Source: an uncultured bacterium
Lineage (GTDB): Bacteria; UBP4; UBA4092
Reading direction: 5' to 3'
DNA: 64,000 bases
NCBI GenBank assembly: GCA_964644695.1
Contig: CAZXWN010000002.1
Location: 248,001-312,000 of the forward strand
The translations under genes and the position numbers were made by a program. A model generated the notes under the pieces. It did not search any database. It saw nothing but the letters and a program-made list of their open reading frames with translations, and was not told the DNA's origin. Numbering within the stretch: the first letter of the stretch is position 1; each line of letters opens with the position of its first letter. Below are positions 10,699 to 20,634 of this stretch, piece by piece.

Positions 10699-10905
10699 CA
10701 GTTGACGGCAGGTGTGTCGAGGTAGATTACCAACAGATTGCCGCGGAAAGGTAAGCCAGGTTCTGGTCATCAAAACCGATGTGGCTTTTAGATATGAAGC
10801 AGCAGAGAAAGTTTGACTGCCGGATAATATCAAATAGTTTAATCTATAAGTGTCTTTACATACAGCTCGATGGAATTGGGTATTTCCGTCGAGCTGTTTT
10901 ATTTT
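10699..10905 (+). ncRNA. Candidate structured leader RNA or sRNA ending in an intrinsic terminator upstream of korA
   Basis: Nested complementarities GTGTGT/ACATAC, TAGATTA/TAATCTA and AAGCCA/TGGCTT; terminator ACAGCTCGATGGAA...TTCCGTCGAGCTGT-TTT at 10862-10905. Confidence 0.5.
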
Positions 10906-10961
10906 ATTAACATTCTCGACTGGAGTCTGTATCTGGTCGGAAAAAGTTGAGGATAGAATAC

Positions 10962-12752
10962 ATGAATGGTCTAGTCTTTAGAATTGGCGGTGAGGGCGGT
11001 GAAGGTGTCATCAGTACTGGAGAATTGTTGACGCTTGCCTGTGCCCGTGCGGGATATGAAATCTATGCTTACAAGACTTATCCTGCCGAAATCAAGGGTG
11101 GCTATGCCATGTGGCAGGTCCGTGTGAAAGATGAAATACTCCTGTCGCAAGGCGATAAAGTCGATGTCCTGATTTGTTTTAATCAAGAATCTTATGATCG
11201 GGATATAAGAGACATTTCAGATAATGGAGTGCTTTTATACGATGTTGACCAATGCCCCAATGTGAAGGATGAGGGTAGTTATCAAAAAATTGGGATTGCC
11301 TTCAACAAACTGGCTGTTGAAAAAGTGGGATCCAAGCGATCAAAGAATGTTCTGATTCTGGGTATCATTGCCGGGTTGTTTAAGTTCCCAGAGGACATCC
11401 TGATTGGTATGGTTCGGCACAAATGGGCTCACAAAGGGGAAACGATCGTCCAGAAAAATGTGGAAGCTTTGCAAGTTGGGATTGAGTATGTCCACGAAAA
11501 TTTGAATATTGATCTGAAGTTAAGCCTTCCCAAAATAGATAAAGAGCCCACCTTAGTTTTGTCTGGAAATGAAGCGTTATCTCTGGGTGCCATAGCCGCA
11601 GGAATTAAGTTCTATGGTGGTTATCCTATTACACCGGCCTCTGACATTATGGAATTTCTGGCGGAACACCTTCCCAAATTGGGTGGGACTGTTATCCAGA
11701 CAGAAGATGAAATATCCGCATTAGCTTCGGTCCTGGGCGCTTCTTATGCCGGAGCAAAATCCATGACAGCTACTTCCGGTCCTGGTCTGTCTTTAATGTG
11801 TGAATTAATTGGACTGAGCTCGATGGCTGAGATTCCCTGTGTTGTTGTGGATGTGCAGCGAGGTGGCCCTTCCACAGGGTTGCCGACCAAAGTGGAACAG
11901 TCTGATTTGAACTTAGCCCTATACGGAGCACATGGGGATTCTCCCCGTGTCGTCATGGCTTTATCTAGTGTGGAAGATGCTTTTTATGGGATGATTCGTG
12001 CTTTTAATATTGCGGAACGAGTCCAGATGCCGGTTATTGTGTTAAGTGATCAATACCTGGCTCAGCGAAAGGCGAGTGTAAGAATTCCTGACATTACCCG
12101 TATTAAACCCGAAAATCGTTTGCAGCCAGATCCTGCAACTCAAACATCGGATTATAAGCGTTATGAAATGACGGAGTCAGGAATATCGCCCATGGCAATA
12201 CCCGGACTGCACCCCTATGGATATGTGGCAACAGGTATTGAGCACCATGAAAATGCAAAACCAGGATATAGTCCCAAACTCCATGATTCCATGACACGAA
12301 AACGGTTTGCTAAATTAGCGAGTGTCCATGATGATTCCAACGAATATGTGAAATATTATGGTGATGAAAATCCGGAAGTGGGAATTATCGGGTGGGGGTC
12401 GTCCGAAGGTGTAATTCGGGAAGCTGTAAAAATGGCGAACGCCAAAGGTATGAAGGTGGCGGCTCTCCATCCCAAGATAATCAGCCCCTTGCCTTATCAG
12501 GCGATTGACAAATTTCTCAGTAAAACAAAACGGATCATTGTGCCGGAGATGAACTATATCGGCCAATTTGCAAATTATCTGACAGCCTGGCACGACTTCA
12601 GGCCGATTCGGTTAAACAAATATCAGGGAATGCCTTTTACCCCGGATGATATATATTCCAAGATTGAAGAAGTATATGGTAACAAAGATATTGAACATAC
12701 CCATTCACCGATTTATGAAGCCCCGGTTTCACCCCGGGGCGGGAGGTCATAA
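10962..12752 (+). CDS. korA: 2-oxoacid:ferredoxin oxidoreductase alpha subunit (gamma-alpha fusion)
   Basis: IGGEGGEGVIS, YPAEIKGG, GYPITPAS, QTEDEI, ATSGPG, VQRGGPSTGLPT. Start placed at ATG 10962. Confidence 0.93.
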   Translation: MNGLVFRIGGEGGEGVISTGELLTLACARAGYEIYAYKTYPAEIKGGYAMWQVRVKDEILLSQGDKVDVLICFNQESYDRDIRDISDNGVLLYDVDQCPNVKDEGSYQKIGIAFNKLAVEKVGSKRSKNVLILGIIAGLFKFPEDILIGMVRHKWAHKGETIVQKNVEALQVGIEYVHENLNIDLKLSLPKIDKEPTLVLSGNEALSLGAIAAGIKFYGGYPITPASDIMEFLAEHLPKLGGTVIQTEDEISALASVLGASYAGAKSMTATSGPGLSLMCELIGLSSMAEIPCVVVDVQRGGPSTGLPTKVEQSDLNLALYGAHGDSPRVVMALSSVEDAFYGMIRAFNIAERVQMPVIVLSDQYLAQRKASVRIPDITRIKPENRLQPDPATQTSDYKRYEMTESGISPMAIPGLHPYGYVATGIEHHENAKPGYSPKLHDSMTRKRFAKLASVHDDSNEYVKYYGDENPEVGIIGWGSSEGVIREAVKMANAKGMKVAALHPKIISPLPYQAIDKFLSKTKRIIVPEMNYIGQFANYLTAWHDFRPIRLNKYQGMPFTPDDIYSKIEEVYGNKDIEHTHSPIYEAPVSPRGGRS

Positions 12753-12755
12753 ACC

Positions 12756-13631
12756 ATGTCCGTGCCAGATAAAGTAGAAACTCCAGAGCCGTTGGTTCGT
12801 ACGGCGAAAGACTATAAATCCGGGAATGATCCAATTTGGTGTCCCGGGTGTGGTGATTATGGAGTATTAGCTTCACTCTATGATATGTTGGTTACTCATA
12901 ATTATGATCCCAAAGATGTCGTGGTTGTTTCTGGAATTGGATGTTCTTCTCGACTGCCCGGATTCCTGACTACCTACGGATTTCATGGTGTACATGGCAG
13001 AGCCCTTCCGATTGCCATGGGAGTTAAACTGGCTAATCCTCAGCTATCTGTCATAGTTACCGGTGGAGATGGTGATGGATTTGCCATTGGCGGTGGTCAT
13101 ATACCTCATATGTGCCGGCGAAATGCGGATTTAACCTATATTGTGATGGATAATGAAATTTACGGATTAACAAAAGGTCAAATATCACCCACCAGTCCTA
13201 TTGGTCTGGACACGGGAACAACACCTCTGGGTTCAATCGAAAGACCTATTAATCCAATTGCCATGACCCTGATTTACGGTGCTACCTTTGTGGCGAGGAC
13301 CTATTCCGGTAAAAGACCGGATATGACCAAGATATTCATCAAGGGAATTGACCATAAAGGGTTCTCATTCATTGACGTATATAGTCCATGTATTACCTTC
13401 TATGATACCTACAAGACATGGCCGCAAAAGATTGCTCCTATCCCAGAAGACCACGATGTGACGGATTTACAGGCCGCATTAAAACTGGCTATGGACACCG
13501 AAAAAATGTATGTGGGTATTTTTTATCAGAAAGAAGAACCTACTCTGGAGCAACAGCAGGAGCAAATGCATTCAGAATCAATGAAGTACGGTGTTCCCAC
13601 TATGGAAAATTTCTACGAGATGTTCCGGTAG
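12756..13631 (+). CDS. korB: 2-oxoacid:ferredoxin oxidoreductase beta subunit (TPP-binding)
   Basis: WCPGCGD, SGIGCSS, HGRA, GGDGD, DNEIYGLTKGQ. Confidence 0.95.
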   Translation: MSVPDKVETPEPLVRTAKDYKSGNDPIWCPGCGDYGVLASLYDMLVTHNYDPKDVVVVSGIGCSSRLPGFLTTYGFHGVHGRALPIAMGVKLANPQLSVIVTGGDGDGFAIGGGHIPHMCRRNADLTYIVMDNEIYGLTKGQISPTSPIGLDTGTTPLGSIERPINPIAMTLIYGATFVARTYSGKRPDMTKIFIKGIDHKGFSFIDVYSPCITFYDTYKTWPQKIAPIPEDHDVTDLQAALKLAMDTEKMYVGIFYQKEEPTLEQQQEQMHSESMKYGVPTMENFYEMFR

Positions 13632-13656
13632 TAATCCCTCTTTAAATCATGACTCC

Positions 13657-13687
13657 AAAGGGTCGGTTGAACTAGCCGGCCCTTTCT
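13657..13687 (+). terminator. Probable intrinsic terminator of korAB
   Basis: AAAGGGTCGGTT-GAACT-AGCCGGCCCTTT. Confidence 0.65.
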
Positions 13688-13697
13688 CATTTCTATT

Positions 13698-13742
13698 CGA
13701 AGAATCCACGGAGCTACTCGGAACAACTCCGTGGATTCTACC
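13698..13742. repeat. 45-bp palindromic intergenic repeat, copy 2
   Basis: CGAAGAATCCACGGA-GCTACTCGGAACAAC-TCCGTGGATTCTACC; 39/45 identical to the reverse complement of 49853-49897. Confidence 0.85.
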
Positions 13743-13868
13743 GTCTAAAAATAAATGTGACATTTTAAATCTTGAGATATACTATGCAACTGAAGAGTCG
13801 GTTATTGAGGTAATTAAGAACGTTTTCCAAGAGAATTATTTGTATTATTCATTTTGGGGAGGTATTGT

Positions 13869-14222
13869 ATGTTGTTGAGCAAAGTGTTTCCGCCACTGAA
13901 TCGTGAGGATCGGACCTTTTTGGCAGTTATTTGCCGACTGGTAAACTATGGCTTTGCGTTTATGCTGGGGGCCTGTATTGCCATGGGTGCGTGGGTTGTA
14001 GGGCAGTACATCATGATTATTGTTGGTTTTTGTCTGGTGTTGGATATGCTGTTTATCAAGATGAATGCTCGAAATATCGTCGCTTTAGTCTTGCTTCAGG
14101 TGTTTTTTCTGACGTGTTCCTTGGGACTTGGTTTTCGCATGGGATATGAAAATTCAGACAAATCGGTTTATACTCAGGTGGCAAATAGAACAACTAATGA
14201 AAAAGCCATGGAATCAAAATAA
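13869..14222 (+). CDS. Hypothetical membrane protein (about 3 TM helices)
   Basis: GGAGG RBS before ATG 13869; hydrophobic segments; no family recognised. Confidence 0.65.
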   Translation: MLLSKVFPPLNREDRTFLAVICRLVNYGFAFMLGACIAMGAWVVGQYIMIIVGFCLVLDMLFIKMNARNIVALVLLQVFFLTCSLGLGFRMGYENSDKSVYTQVANRTTNEKAMESK

Positions 14223-14244
14223 TCCCAGGGCGTATAAATTTAAT

Positions 14245-15483
14245 TTATTTATCTAATTTAGCAACTGGGCCTACAACACTCCAGGCCATTCGTTCGGGTT
14301 GCAGCAGGGTTTTGGATATTCTCTGTACATCTTCGATCGTAACACTGTCAATCTTGGTTAATATGTCATCAATACTTAAGTAAGTCTGATAGTAAATCTC
14401 TTGTTCAGCCAGTCGATTCATCCTGCTATTAGTACTTTCCAATCCAAGAACCAGGTGACCTTTGATTTGTTCGCGGGCTTCCATAAATTCCTGTTCAGGT
14501 ACAGCTTCATTTCCAACCTTTGCAAGTTCAACAAAAATCAGGTCCTTTACCTGTTTGAAATATTCTGGGGATGTACCGCCATAAATCCCAAATATCCCTG
14601 TATCCCGGTAGGATTGACCAAAAGTACCGATGCCATAAACAAGTCCTCGTTTCTCACGAATTTCCTGGAACAACCGGGAACTCATTCCACCACCTAAAAT
14701 CGTACTCAAGACTGTTAATGCATAACGGTCCCGATGGTCTCGGGCATAACTATCCGTTGCCATGGAGAAATGTATCTGTTCCACTGGTTTTTCATAATAC
14801 ATCTCTGGATAGGCGGATGGAGGTGTTGGAGGTATTTCGATGGGATGGTCCGAACCCGGGAGATGGTCGAAATGAGTTTTAACTAAATCGACTAATTGTT
14901 GATGGTCAACATCTCCGGCGGCTGAAACAATCAAATTGTGAAATACATAATTTCGTTTTCGGTATGCATCTACAAATTCCTTATTGAAGGAATTAACTGT
15001 TTCCCGGAATCCAATGGTGGGTCTTCCTAATGAACTTCCTGGCCATAACCCTTCGGTCAGTTTATCAATAGAGACTTCGTCAGGATCGTCTTCATACATG
15101 CTGATTTCTTCCAGGATAACTTTCTTTTCTTTCTCCATTTCATCGGCTGGATAAGTAGAATTCAACACGATATCGGAAAGGAGATTGACAGCACGGTCCA
15201 AATGAGTGCCGAGGATTTTGCAATAAAAACAGCAGGTTTCTTTGTCCGTCATCGCATTCAATATGCCGCCAACGGATTCAACTTCCCGTGCTATTTCCTG
15301 GGGATTTCGAGTCGTGGTTCCTTTGAAGGTCGTATGTTCTATAAAATGGGCCAAACCGGCTTCTTCCGGTGTTTCCTGTCGACTTCCGGCGGCCACCCAG
15401 ATTCCAATACTGACGGATCGATAGGAATCCATTTTTTCACTGATTATTGTGAGCCCGTTATCCAATACTGTCTTGTTATACAT
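14245..15483 (-). CDS. M16 family (pitrilysin-like) zinc peptidase
   Basis: GLAHFIEH (HxxEH) and LGGGMSSRLFQEIREKRGLVY; usual position after pnp. Confidence 0.95.
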   Translation of the reverse strand: MYNKTVLDNGLTIISEKMDSYRSVSIGIWVAAGSRQETPEEAGLAHFIEHTTFKGTTTRNPQEIAREVESVGGILNAMTDKETCCFYCKILGTHLDRAVNLLSDIVLNSTYPADEMEKEKKVILEEISMYEDDPDEVSIDKLTEGLWPGSSLGRPTIGFRETVNSFNKEFVDAYRKRNYVFHNLIVSAAGDVDHQQLVDLVKTHFDHLPGSDHPIEIPPTPPSAYPEMYYEKPVEQIHFSMATDSYARDHRDRYALTVLSTILGGGMSSRLFQEIREKRGLVYGIGTFGQSYRDTGIFGIYGGTSPEYFKQVKDLIFVELAKVGNEAVPEQEFMEAREQIKGHLVLGLESTNSRMNRLAEQEIYYQTYLSIDDILTKIDSVTIEDVQRISKTLLQPERMAWSVVGPVAKLDK

Positions 15484-15511
15484 ACGGAAATTAGTCCTCC
15501 GGTTGGGTAAT

Positions 15512-15544
15512 AAAAAAAGTCGGGGTTGTTATTACCCCGACTTT
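15512..15544 (-). terminator. Intrinsic terminator after pnp
   Basis: AAAGTCGGGG...CCCCGACTTT stem with a 7-T tract on the minus strand. Confidence 0.8.
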
Positions 15545-15574
15545 AATCTTATCTAAAAATTAAGGTTTTGGATA

Positions 15575-17773
15575 TTAGCGGCGAGGCCCACGACGATCTC
15601 GGTCTCCGCCACGGTGATCATGTCCACCTGGACGAGGTCCACGATTTTCACGGGGACGACGGGGTGGTTCATTAGGATCTACTTCGGGTAAACCAGCCAT
15701 TTCACGCATGGCGCGTTTACGGGAGAGATTCAACCGGCCTTTGTCATCAATTTCGAAGGCTTTCACGAAAATCATGTCGCCTTCTTTGACGACATCTTCA
15801 ACCTTGGCAACTCGTTGCATATCAAGTTCAGAGATATGGACCAGTCCTTCTTTGCCGGGAATTATCTCGACAAAAGCACCGAACTCCATTAACCGGGTAA
15901 CCTTACCATGATAAGTCTTACCGACTTCAACTTCCTGAACCATGGACTTGATCATGTTCTCGGCTTTAGCTGCAGCTGCGGCATCTGTGGTAGCGATAAC
16001 AACCTTACCATCATCGTCGATGTCAATCTTCACACCTGTTTCTTCAATGATGCTCTTGATCTTCTTACCGCCGGGCCCAATGACATCGCCAATCTTGGTC
16101 TTATCAATCATAAAGACGGTCAGACGAGGTGCATACGGACTCAGTTCAGGACGTGGCTCGGTGAGGGCTTTACCCATTTCACCCAGAATATGCATACGGC
16201 CTTCCTTAGCTTGCGCCAAAGCTTTGGCCATTGTATCAATAGTGATACCATCGCACTTCAGGTCTAACTGAAATGCTGTAATTCCAGTGGATGTTCCAGC
16301 AACCTTAAAGTCCATATCACCCAGGTGATCTTCCATACCCATGATGTCGGACAGAATTGCGAACTTCTCACCATCGGTGATTAATCCCATGGCGATACCC
16401 GCAACAGGTGCTTTTATTGGAACACCGGCATCCATCAGTGAAAGGCTGCCGCCACACACTGAAGCCATTGAAGAAGAACCATTGGATTCAAGGATGTCTG
16501 AGACAATTCTGATGGTGTAGGGGAATGACATCGCATCTGGAAGAACTGCCGTTAAGGCTCTTTCTGCCAGCATGCCGTGTCCAATTTCTCTGCGGCCTGG
16601 TCCAGATATTCTCCGAACTTCACCCACAGAGAAAGGCGGGAAGTTATAGTGCAGCATGAACCGTTTACTGGTTTCGCCCAGCATAGTGTCCACGATTTGT
16701 TCATCACTTCCAGAACCCAGTGTCGTTGCCGCAAGAGCCTGAGTTTGACCCCGAGTGAATAACGCTGACCCGTGAGTTCTTGCCAAGACGCCTACTTCAG
16801 CAACAATGTTTCTGATTTGAGTATAGGTACGACCATCAGCACGGACACCTTCATTCAAAATCATCTGACGGACCATGGTATATTCCATGTTTTCCATGAT
16901 GGCTTTGATGGTGTTTTTCTGGTCAGGGTAGGACTCTTCGAAATTCAGAAGGGTTGCATCTTTGGCTTCACTTAAAGCTTTTTCGCGGGCTTCCTTGTCA
17001 GCAATGCGAATGGCCTGATTAATCTTCTCTCTGACAAAGCTTTCAACAGCTTCCTTCAGTGTAGCATCAACCTCTTTGGCCACGACTTCCCGTTTAGGTT
17101 TCCCACAAAGAGCTATTAACTCTTCCTGGGCACCGATGATTTTCTTAATGTTATCATGGGCGACCTGTAAAGCTTCGAGCATCTCTTCTTCCGAGATTTC
17201 TTTGGCAGAACCTTCTACCATAACTACAGCATCTTTGGTCCCGGCAACAACCAAATCTATGGTGCATTCGGGTAATTGACTGTAGGTGGGGTTAACAATG
17301 ATTTCTCCGTTTATCTTTCCGATTTTTACACCGGCAATTAATTTAGTCAACGGAATATCAGAGATACCCAATGCGGCAGAGGCTGCGGAAATACCCATTA
17401 CACCCGCATCATTTTCCAAATCAGATGAAAGAACCAACACCATTACCTGTGTTTCATTGAAGAAACCTTCAGGGAACAGTGGGCGAATGGGTCTGTCAAT
17501 CAGTCGGGATGATAGAATTTCGTTATCAGACGGACGTCCTTCTCTCTTGATAAATCCTCCCGGGAAACGGCCTGAAGCATATAACCGTTCACGGAATTCA
17601 ATAGTCAGAGGAAAGAAGTCCTGATTCTCGGAGGGCTTATCCGCCGCAACAGCGGCCGCAATGATCTGGGTATCGCCGTATATAGCATGGATAGAACCAT
17701 CTGCCTGGCGAGCCATTTTACCCGTTTCCAGGCGGAGTGTTCTCCCGCCGATTTCTACTTCTACTGAATACAT
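15575..17773 (-). CDS. pnp: Polyribonucleotide nucleotidyltransferase (PNPase)
   Basis: FFPL, GGFIKREGRP, RREIGHG, ESNGSSSMA, DHLGDMDFK; KH and S1 domains. Confidence 0.99.
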   Translation of the reverse strand: MYSVEVEIGGRTLRLETGKMARQADGSIHAIYGDTQIIAAAVAADKPSENQDFFPLTIEFRERLYASGRFPGGFIKREGRPSDNEILSSRLIDRPIRPLFPEGFFNETQVMVLVLSSDLENDAGVMGISAASAALGISDIPLTKLIAGVKIGKINGEIIVNPTYSQLPECTIDLVVAGTKDAVVMVEGSAKEISEEEMLEALQVAHDNIKKIIGAQEELIALCGKPKREVVAKEVDATLKEAVESFVREKINQAIRIADKEAREKALSEAKDATLLNFEESYPDQKNTIKAIMENMEYTMVRQMILNEGVRADGRTYTQIRNIVAEVGVLARTHGSALFTRGQTQALAATTLGSGSDEQIVDTMLGETSKRFMLHYNFPPFSVGEVRRISGPGRREIGHGMLAERALTAVLPDAMSFPYTIRIVSDILESNGSSSMASVCGGSLSLMDAGVPIKAPVAGIAMGLITDGEKFAILSDIMGMEDHLGDMDFKVAGTSTGITAFQLDLKCDGITIDTMAKALAQAKEGRMHILGEMGKALTEPRPELSPYAPRLTVFMIDKTKIGDVIGPGGKKIKSIIEETGVKIDIDDDGKVVIATTDAAAAAKAENMIKSMVQEVEVGKTYHGKVTRLMEFGAFVEIIPGKEGLVHISELDMQRVAKVEDVVKEGDMIFVKAFEIDDKGRLNLSRKRAMREMAGLPEVDPNEPPRRPRENRGPRPGGHDHRGGDRDRRGPRR

Positions 17774-17847
17774 GCTTTAACTCCTTGTTTGTGCAGTGTT
17801 CCTGAAGTTGTTACTTTTCCAGGAATTGACGCTGAGATGGTCAGGAA

Positions 17848-18117
17848 CTACTTGCGGAGCCCAAGCTTCTCAATCAGTTTCAGATACCGATCGGCATCTG
17901 CTTTTTTCAGATAATCCAGTAATCTACGACGTTGTCCTACCATTTTCAGCAGACCGCGACGTGATGCATGGTCTTTCTTGTGGCTATCAAAATGGGCTGA
18001 CAGGCTGTTGATACGTTCGGTCAAAAGTGCAATTTGCACTTCCGGTGAACCGGTATCTCCTTCATGAGTTTTGTTCATGGAGATAACCTTGTCTTTTTTG
18101 TCTTTGGTCAAAGGCAT
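17848..18117 (-). CDS. rpsO: 30S ribosomal protein S15
   Basis: [13 protein letters not shown]...[25 protein letters not shown]. Confidence 0.99.
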   Translation of the reverse strand: MPLTKDKKDKVISMNKTHEGDTGSPEVQIALLTERINSLSAHFDSHKKDHASRRGLLKMVGQRRRLLDYLKKADADRYLKLIEKLGLRK

Positions 18118-18143
18118 TTGACCTTCCTCCTTAGTGTTTTATG

Positions 18144-18188
18144 CCTTGTTCCCAGAAACTCGTCGCCAGCGTGGCCCCGAGAGCAAGG
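18144..18188 (-). promoter_or_regulatory. Putative S15 autoregulatory leader hairpin
   Basis: Minus-strand CCTTGCTCTCGGGGC...GTTTCTGGGAACAAGG stem directly 5' of the rpsO RBS (AAGGAGG). Confidence 0.5.
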
Positions 18189-18236
18189 TCTGTTCTGCCC
18201 GGAATACCGGGTCAGTTCTTTAAAATTCAAATTATA

Positions 18237-19010
18237 CTAATCTTCGGATGAATCATCTGTTTCACTGCTGTTATCCAGTGAGGATTCTTGTTCCGGAGCT
18301 TGTGTGTTCAGATTGATCTTGTATTCCATCATGATTTTAGGAAGACCATGAAGGTGTTGTGCAATCTTCTCACGGTTAACCAGTGTTTCGATGTTCCGTG
18401 ATCTGTCCACCTCGAAACTACCTACACTCATCCGGTCCAATAATAGGAGATGACCACCACAACCGAGTTTCTTCCCAATATCTTCGCACAGAGTCCGAAT
18501 GTAAGTTCCAGAGGAAACGCGACATTTAAATGTAATGACGGGAGATTCCCAGTCGAGTAACTCAATATCATAGATATTGATGCGAGAGGGTTTTCTTTCT
18601 ACTTCAATTCCCTTACGAGCCAGTTTATATAACCTTTGTCCTTGATGTCGTTTAGCTGACATCATGGGTGGAATCTGTTCCTGCTCACCAATAAAAGACT
18701 TCAAGCACTCTAAAATCTGGTCTTTGGATAGTTCTGGAACATCCTTCTTTTCCAAAACCTGTCCTTGCGCATCCTGTGTGTCAGTTGATACACCCAACAC
18801 ACATTGTGCCCAGTAAGTCTTTTCTAATCCAAGGAAATGCTGAGATAATTTGGTACCTTTACCAATACAAATCAAAAGGACTCCCGTGGCTTGAGGATCC
18901 AGAGTACCACAGTGTCCGACTTTTTCATGTTTAAGTATCTTCCGGATTTTCTGAACAACATCGTGTGAAGTCATTCCGGAGGGTTTATTTACATTCAGGA
19001 TTCCATCCAT
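18237..19010 (-). CDS. truB: tRNA pseudouridine(55) synthase
   Basis: NKPSGMTSHDVV, GHCGTLDP, QIPPMMSA, SSGTYIRTL. Confidence 0.96.
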   Translation of the reverse strand: MDGILNVNKPSGMTSHDVVQKIRKILKHEKVGHCGTLDPQATGVLLICIGKGTKLSQHFLGLEKTYWAQCVLGVSTDTQDAQGQVLEKKDVPELSKDQILECLKSFIGEQEQIPPMMSAKRHQGQRLYKLARKGIEVERKPSRINIYDIELLDWESPVITFKCRVSSGTYIRTLCEDIGKKLGCGGHLLLLDRMSVGSFEVDRSRNIETLVNREKIAQHLHGLPKIMMEYKINLNTQAPEQESSLDNSSETDDSSED

Positions 19011-19963
19011 TGAATCACCTTTTGTATCGTTGAATCCACAATTTCACATAGCGGTTTATTAACCAAAGCACCCGCGGCCATGGAGTGACCTCCTCCGCCG
19101 AATTCTCTGGCCAACATGGAAACATCATATTTGCCCATAGACCGGAAACTGATTTTAGTTTTCTCATCCTTTGTTTCCTGGAAAAGAATGGCAATATCAA
19201 TGCCTTCCACGGCTCTTACAGGAGTGATAAAACCTTCTGTTTCTGCAGGCTCACACTGGTACTTGTTAAACAATTCCCAAGGGAGAGCTGCATAGGCAAC
19301 CTTACCGTCACCAACAGTTCTGATATTTGCCATCATATCGCCCATTAGTCGAGTCAGATTCAAGGGGCGGGTGTGGTAAACACGCCGGGCAACATCCCAT
19401 CCATCGACACCTTTTTCCAGTAAATCCGCAGAAATCCTGAGGGTTTTTCCGGTTGTGTTGGAGTAATGGAATCCGCCGGTATCTGTCAGTAACCCGGTAT
19501 AAAGACAAAGGGCTGTTTCATAGTCAATACCCTCTGGATTTATACTTATCATTATCTCATAAACCAGCTCAGCCAGGGCGGCGGCATTTGCATCCAGCCA
19601 GCAGACATCACCATACAGCTGATTATCTTTATGGTGGTCAATATTGATCATCCGATAACCTTGCTCAACATGAGTGAGGGCTTTACCCATCCGCTCCAGT
19701 GAAGGACATTCGCAAGCAATGACTAAATCAACAGGTTTTCCAACCTGTTCCGGTGAAATAATATCAGTTACACCGGGTAAAAAACGATAAGCAGGAGGGA
19801 TAGTGCCGTCCTGTACACATTGTACAGTTTTCCCCATTTTTCTCAGGAACCGAGTGAGTGAAAGCATGCAGCCTAAACTGTCCCCATCCGGATAAATATG
19901 TCCGGTGACAAGGATGTTCTGGCTATCATGGATTAATTTAACTATTTTCTGTATCAGACTCAT
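18995..19963 (-). CDS. nrnA: DHH/DHHA1 oligoribonuclease / pAp phosphatase
   Basis: HIYPDGDSLG, NIDHH, TDTGGF, SFRS, GGGGH; position between rbfA and truB. Confidence 0.92.
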   Translation of the reverse strand: MSLIQKIVKLIHDSQNILVTGHIYPDGDSLGCMLSLTRFLRKMGKTVQCVQDGTIPPAYRFLPGVTDIISPEQVGKPVDLVIACECPSLERMGKALTHVEQGYRMINIDHHKDNQLYGDVCWLDANAAALAELVYEIMISINPEGIDYETALCLYTGLLTDTGGFHYSNTTGKTLRISADLLEKGVDGWDVARRVYHTRPLNLTRLMGDMMANIRTVGDGKVAYAALPWELFNKYQCEPAETEGFITPVRAVEGIDIAILFQETKDEKTKISFRSMGKYDVSMLAREFGGGGHSMAAGALVNKPLCEIVDSTIQKVIQWMES

Positions 19964-20312
19964 TCTTTTCCATTTGTTGTTTTGACTTAATTAACAGTTC
20001 GTTAATATGAGCCGCGTGTTCGATAGATTCGTCAAAGGCAAAATGAAGGTCTGGTGTGAACTTTAGTTCTATCCGATGACCTATTTCATGACGAATATAT
20101 GATTTTGCTTTTTCAAAGGCGACTTTTGCGTTGGCAATATCCGTTTCATCGCCTAAGACGGAATAATATATGCTTGCATTACGGATGTCATGTGAAACAG
20201 TGACCCCCGTAATAGTGACTCTGGCTAATCTGGGGTCACGTAAATCTTTGGTTACAATTTCTCCAACTTCATGTTGAATTAATGATTGGATACGTTGAAT
20301 TCTAAATGACAT
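19938..20312 (-). CDS. rbfA: Ribosome-binding factor A
   Basis: RIQRIQSLIQ...DPRL...VTIT...FTPDLHF...DESIE. Start placed at ATG 20312 after AAAGGAG. Confidence 0.96.
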   Translation of the reverse strand: MSFRIQRIQSLIQHEVGEIVTKDLRDPRLARVTITGVTVSHDIRNASIYYSVLGDETDIANAKVAFEKAKSYIRHEIGHRIELKFTPDLHFAFDESIEHAAHINELLIKSKQQMEKNESDTENS

Positions 20313-20325
20313 AATGTGACTCCTT

Positions 20326-20607
20326 TCATAACATTTCGATCTGGTTTTCGGTGAGCACTGCATCAGGCAAATCATCTGCCATGCGGAGAACCGTATCCAG
20401 AACCTGATGGACTCGGGCCTGTTCATTACTAACCGTTACGATTGCCAGTACAGCTTCCTGCCAAGAATCCAGCTGGTCAACTTCCGCAATGGATACATTG
20501 GTCTTTTGCCGGACTCGTTCTTTCAGGCTTTGTACGACCTGCCGTTTTCCTTTTAGGGATGTATTTCCCGGCAGGTGAAGACGAATCCTTAATAAACCAA
20601 TATGCAT
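20326..20607 (-). CDS. DUF503 (YlxP-like) protein
   Basis: SLKGKRQVVQS...NVSIAEVDQLDSWQ; conserved position after infB. Confidence 0.92.
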   Translation of the reverse strand: MHIGLLRIRLHLPGNTSLKGKRQVVQSLKERVRQKTNVSIAEVDQLDSWQEAVLAIVTVSNEQARVHQVLDTVLRMADDLPDAVLTENQIEML

Positions 20608-20634
20608 GCTGATTTGCCTTAACGAATAACCTGT

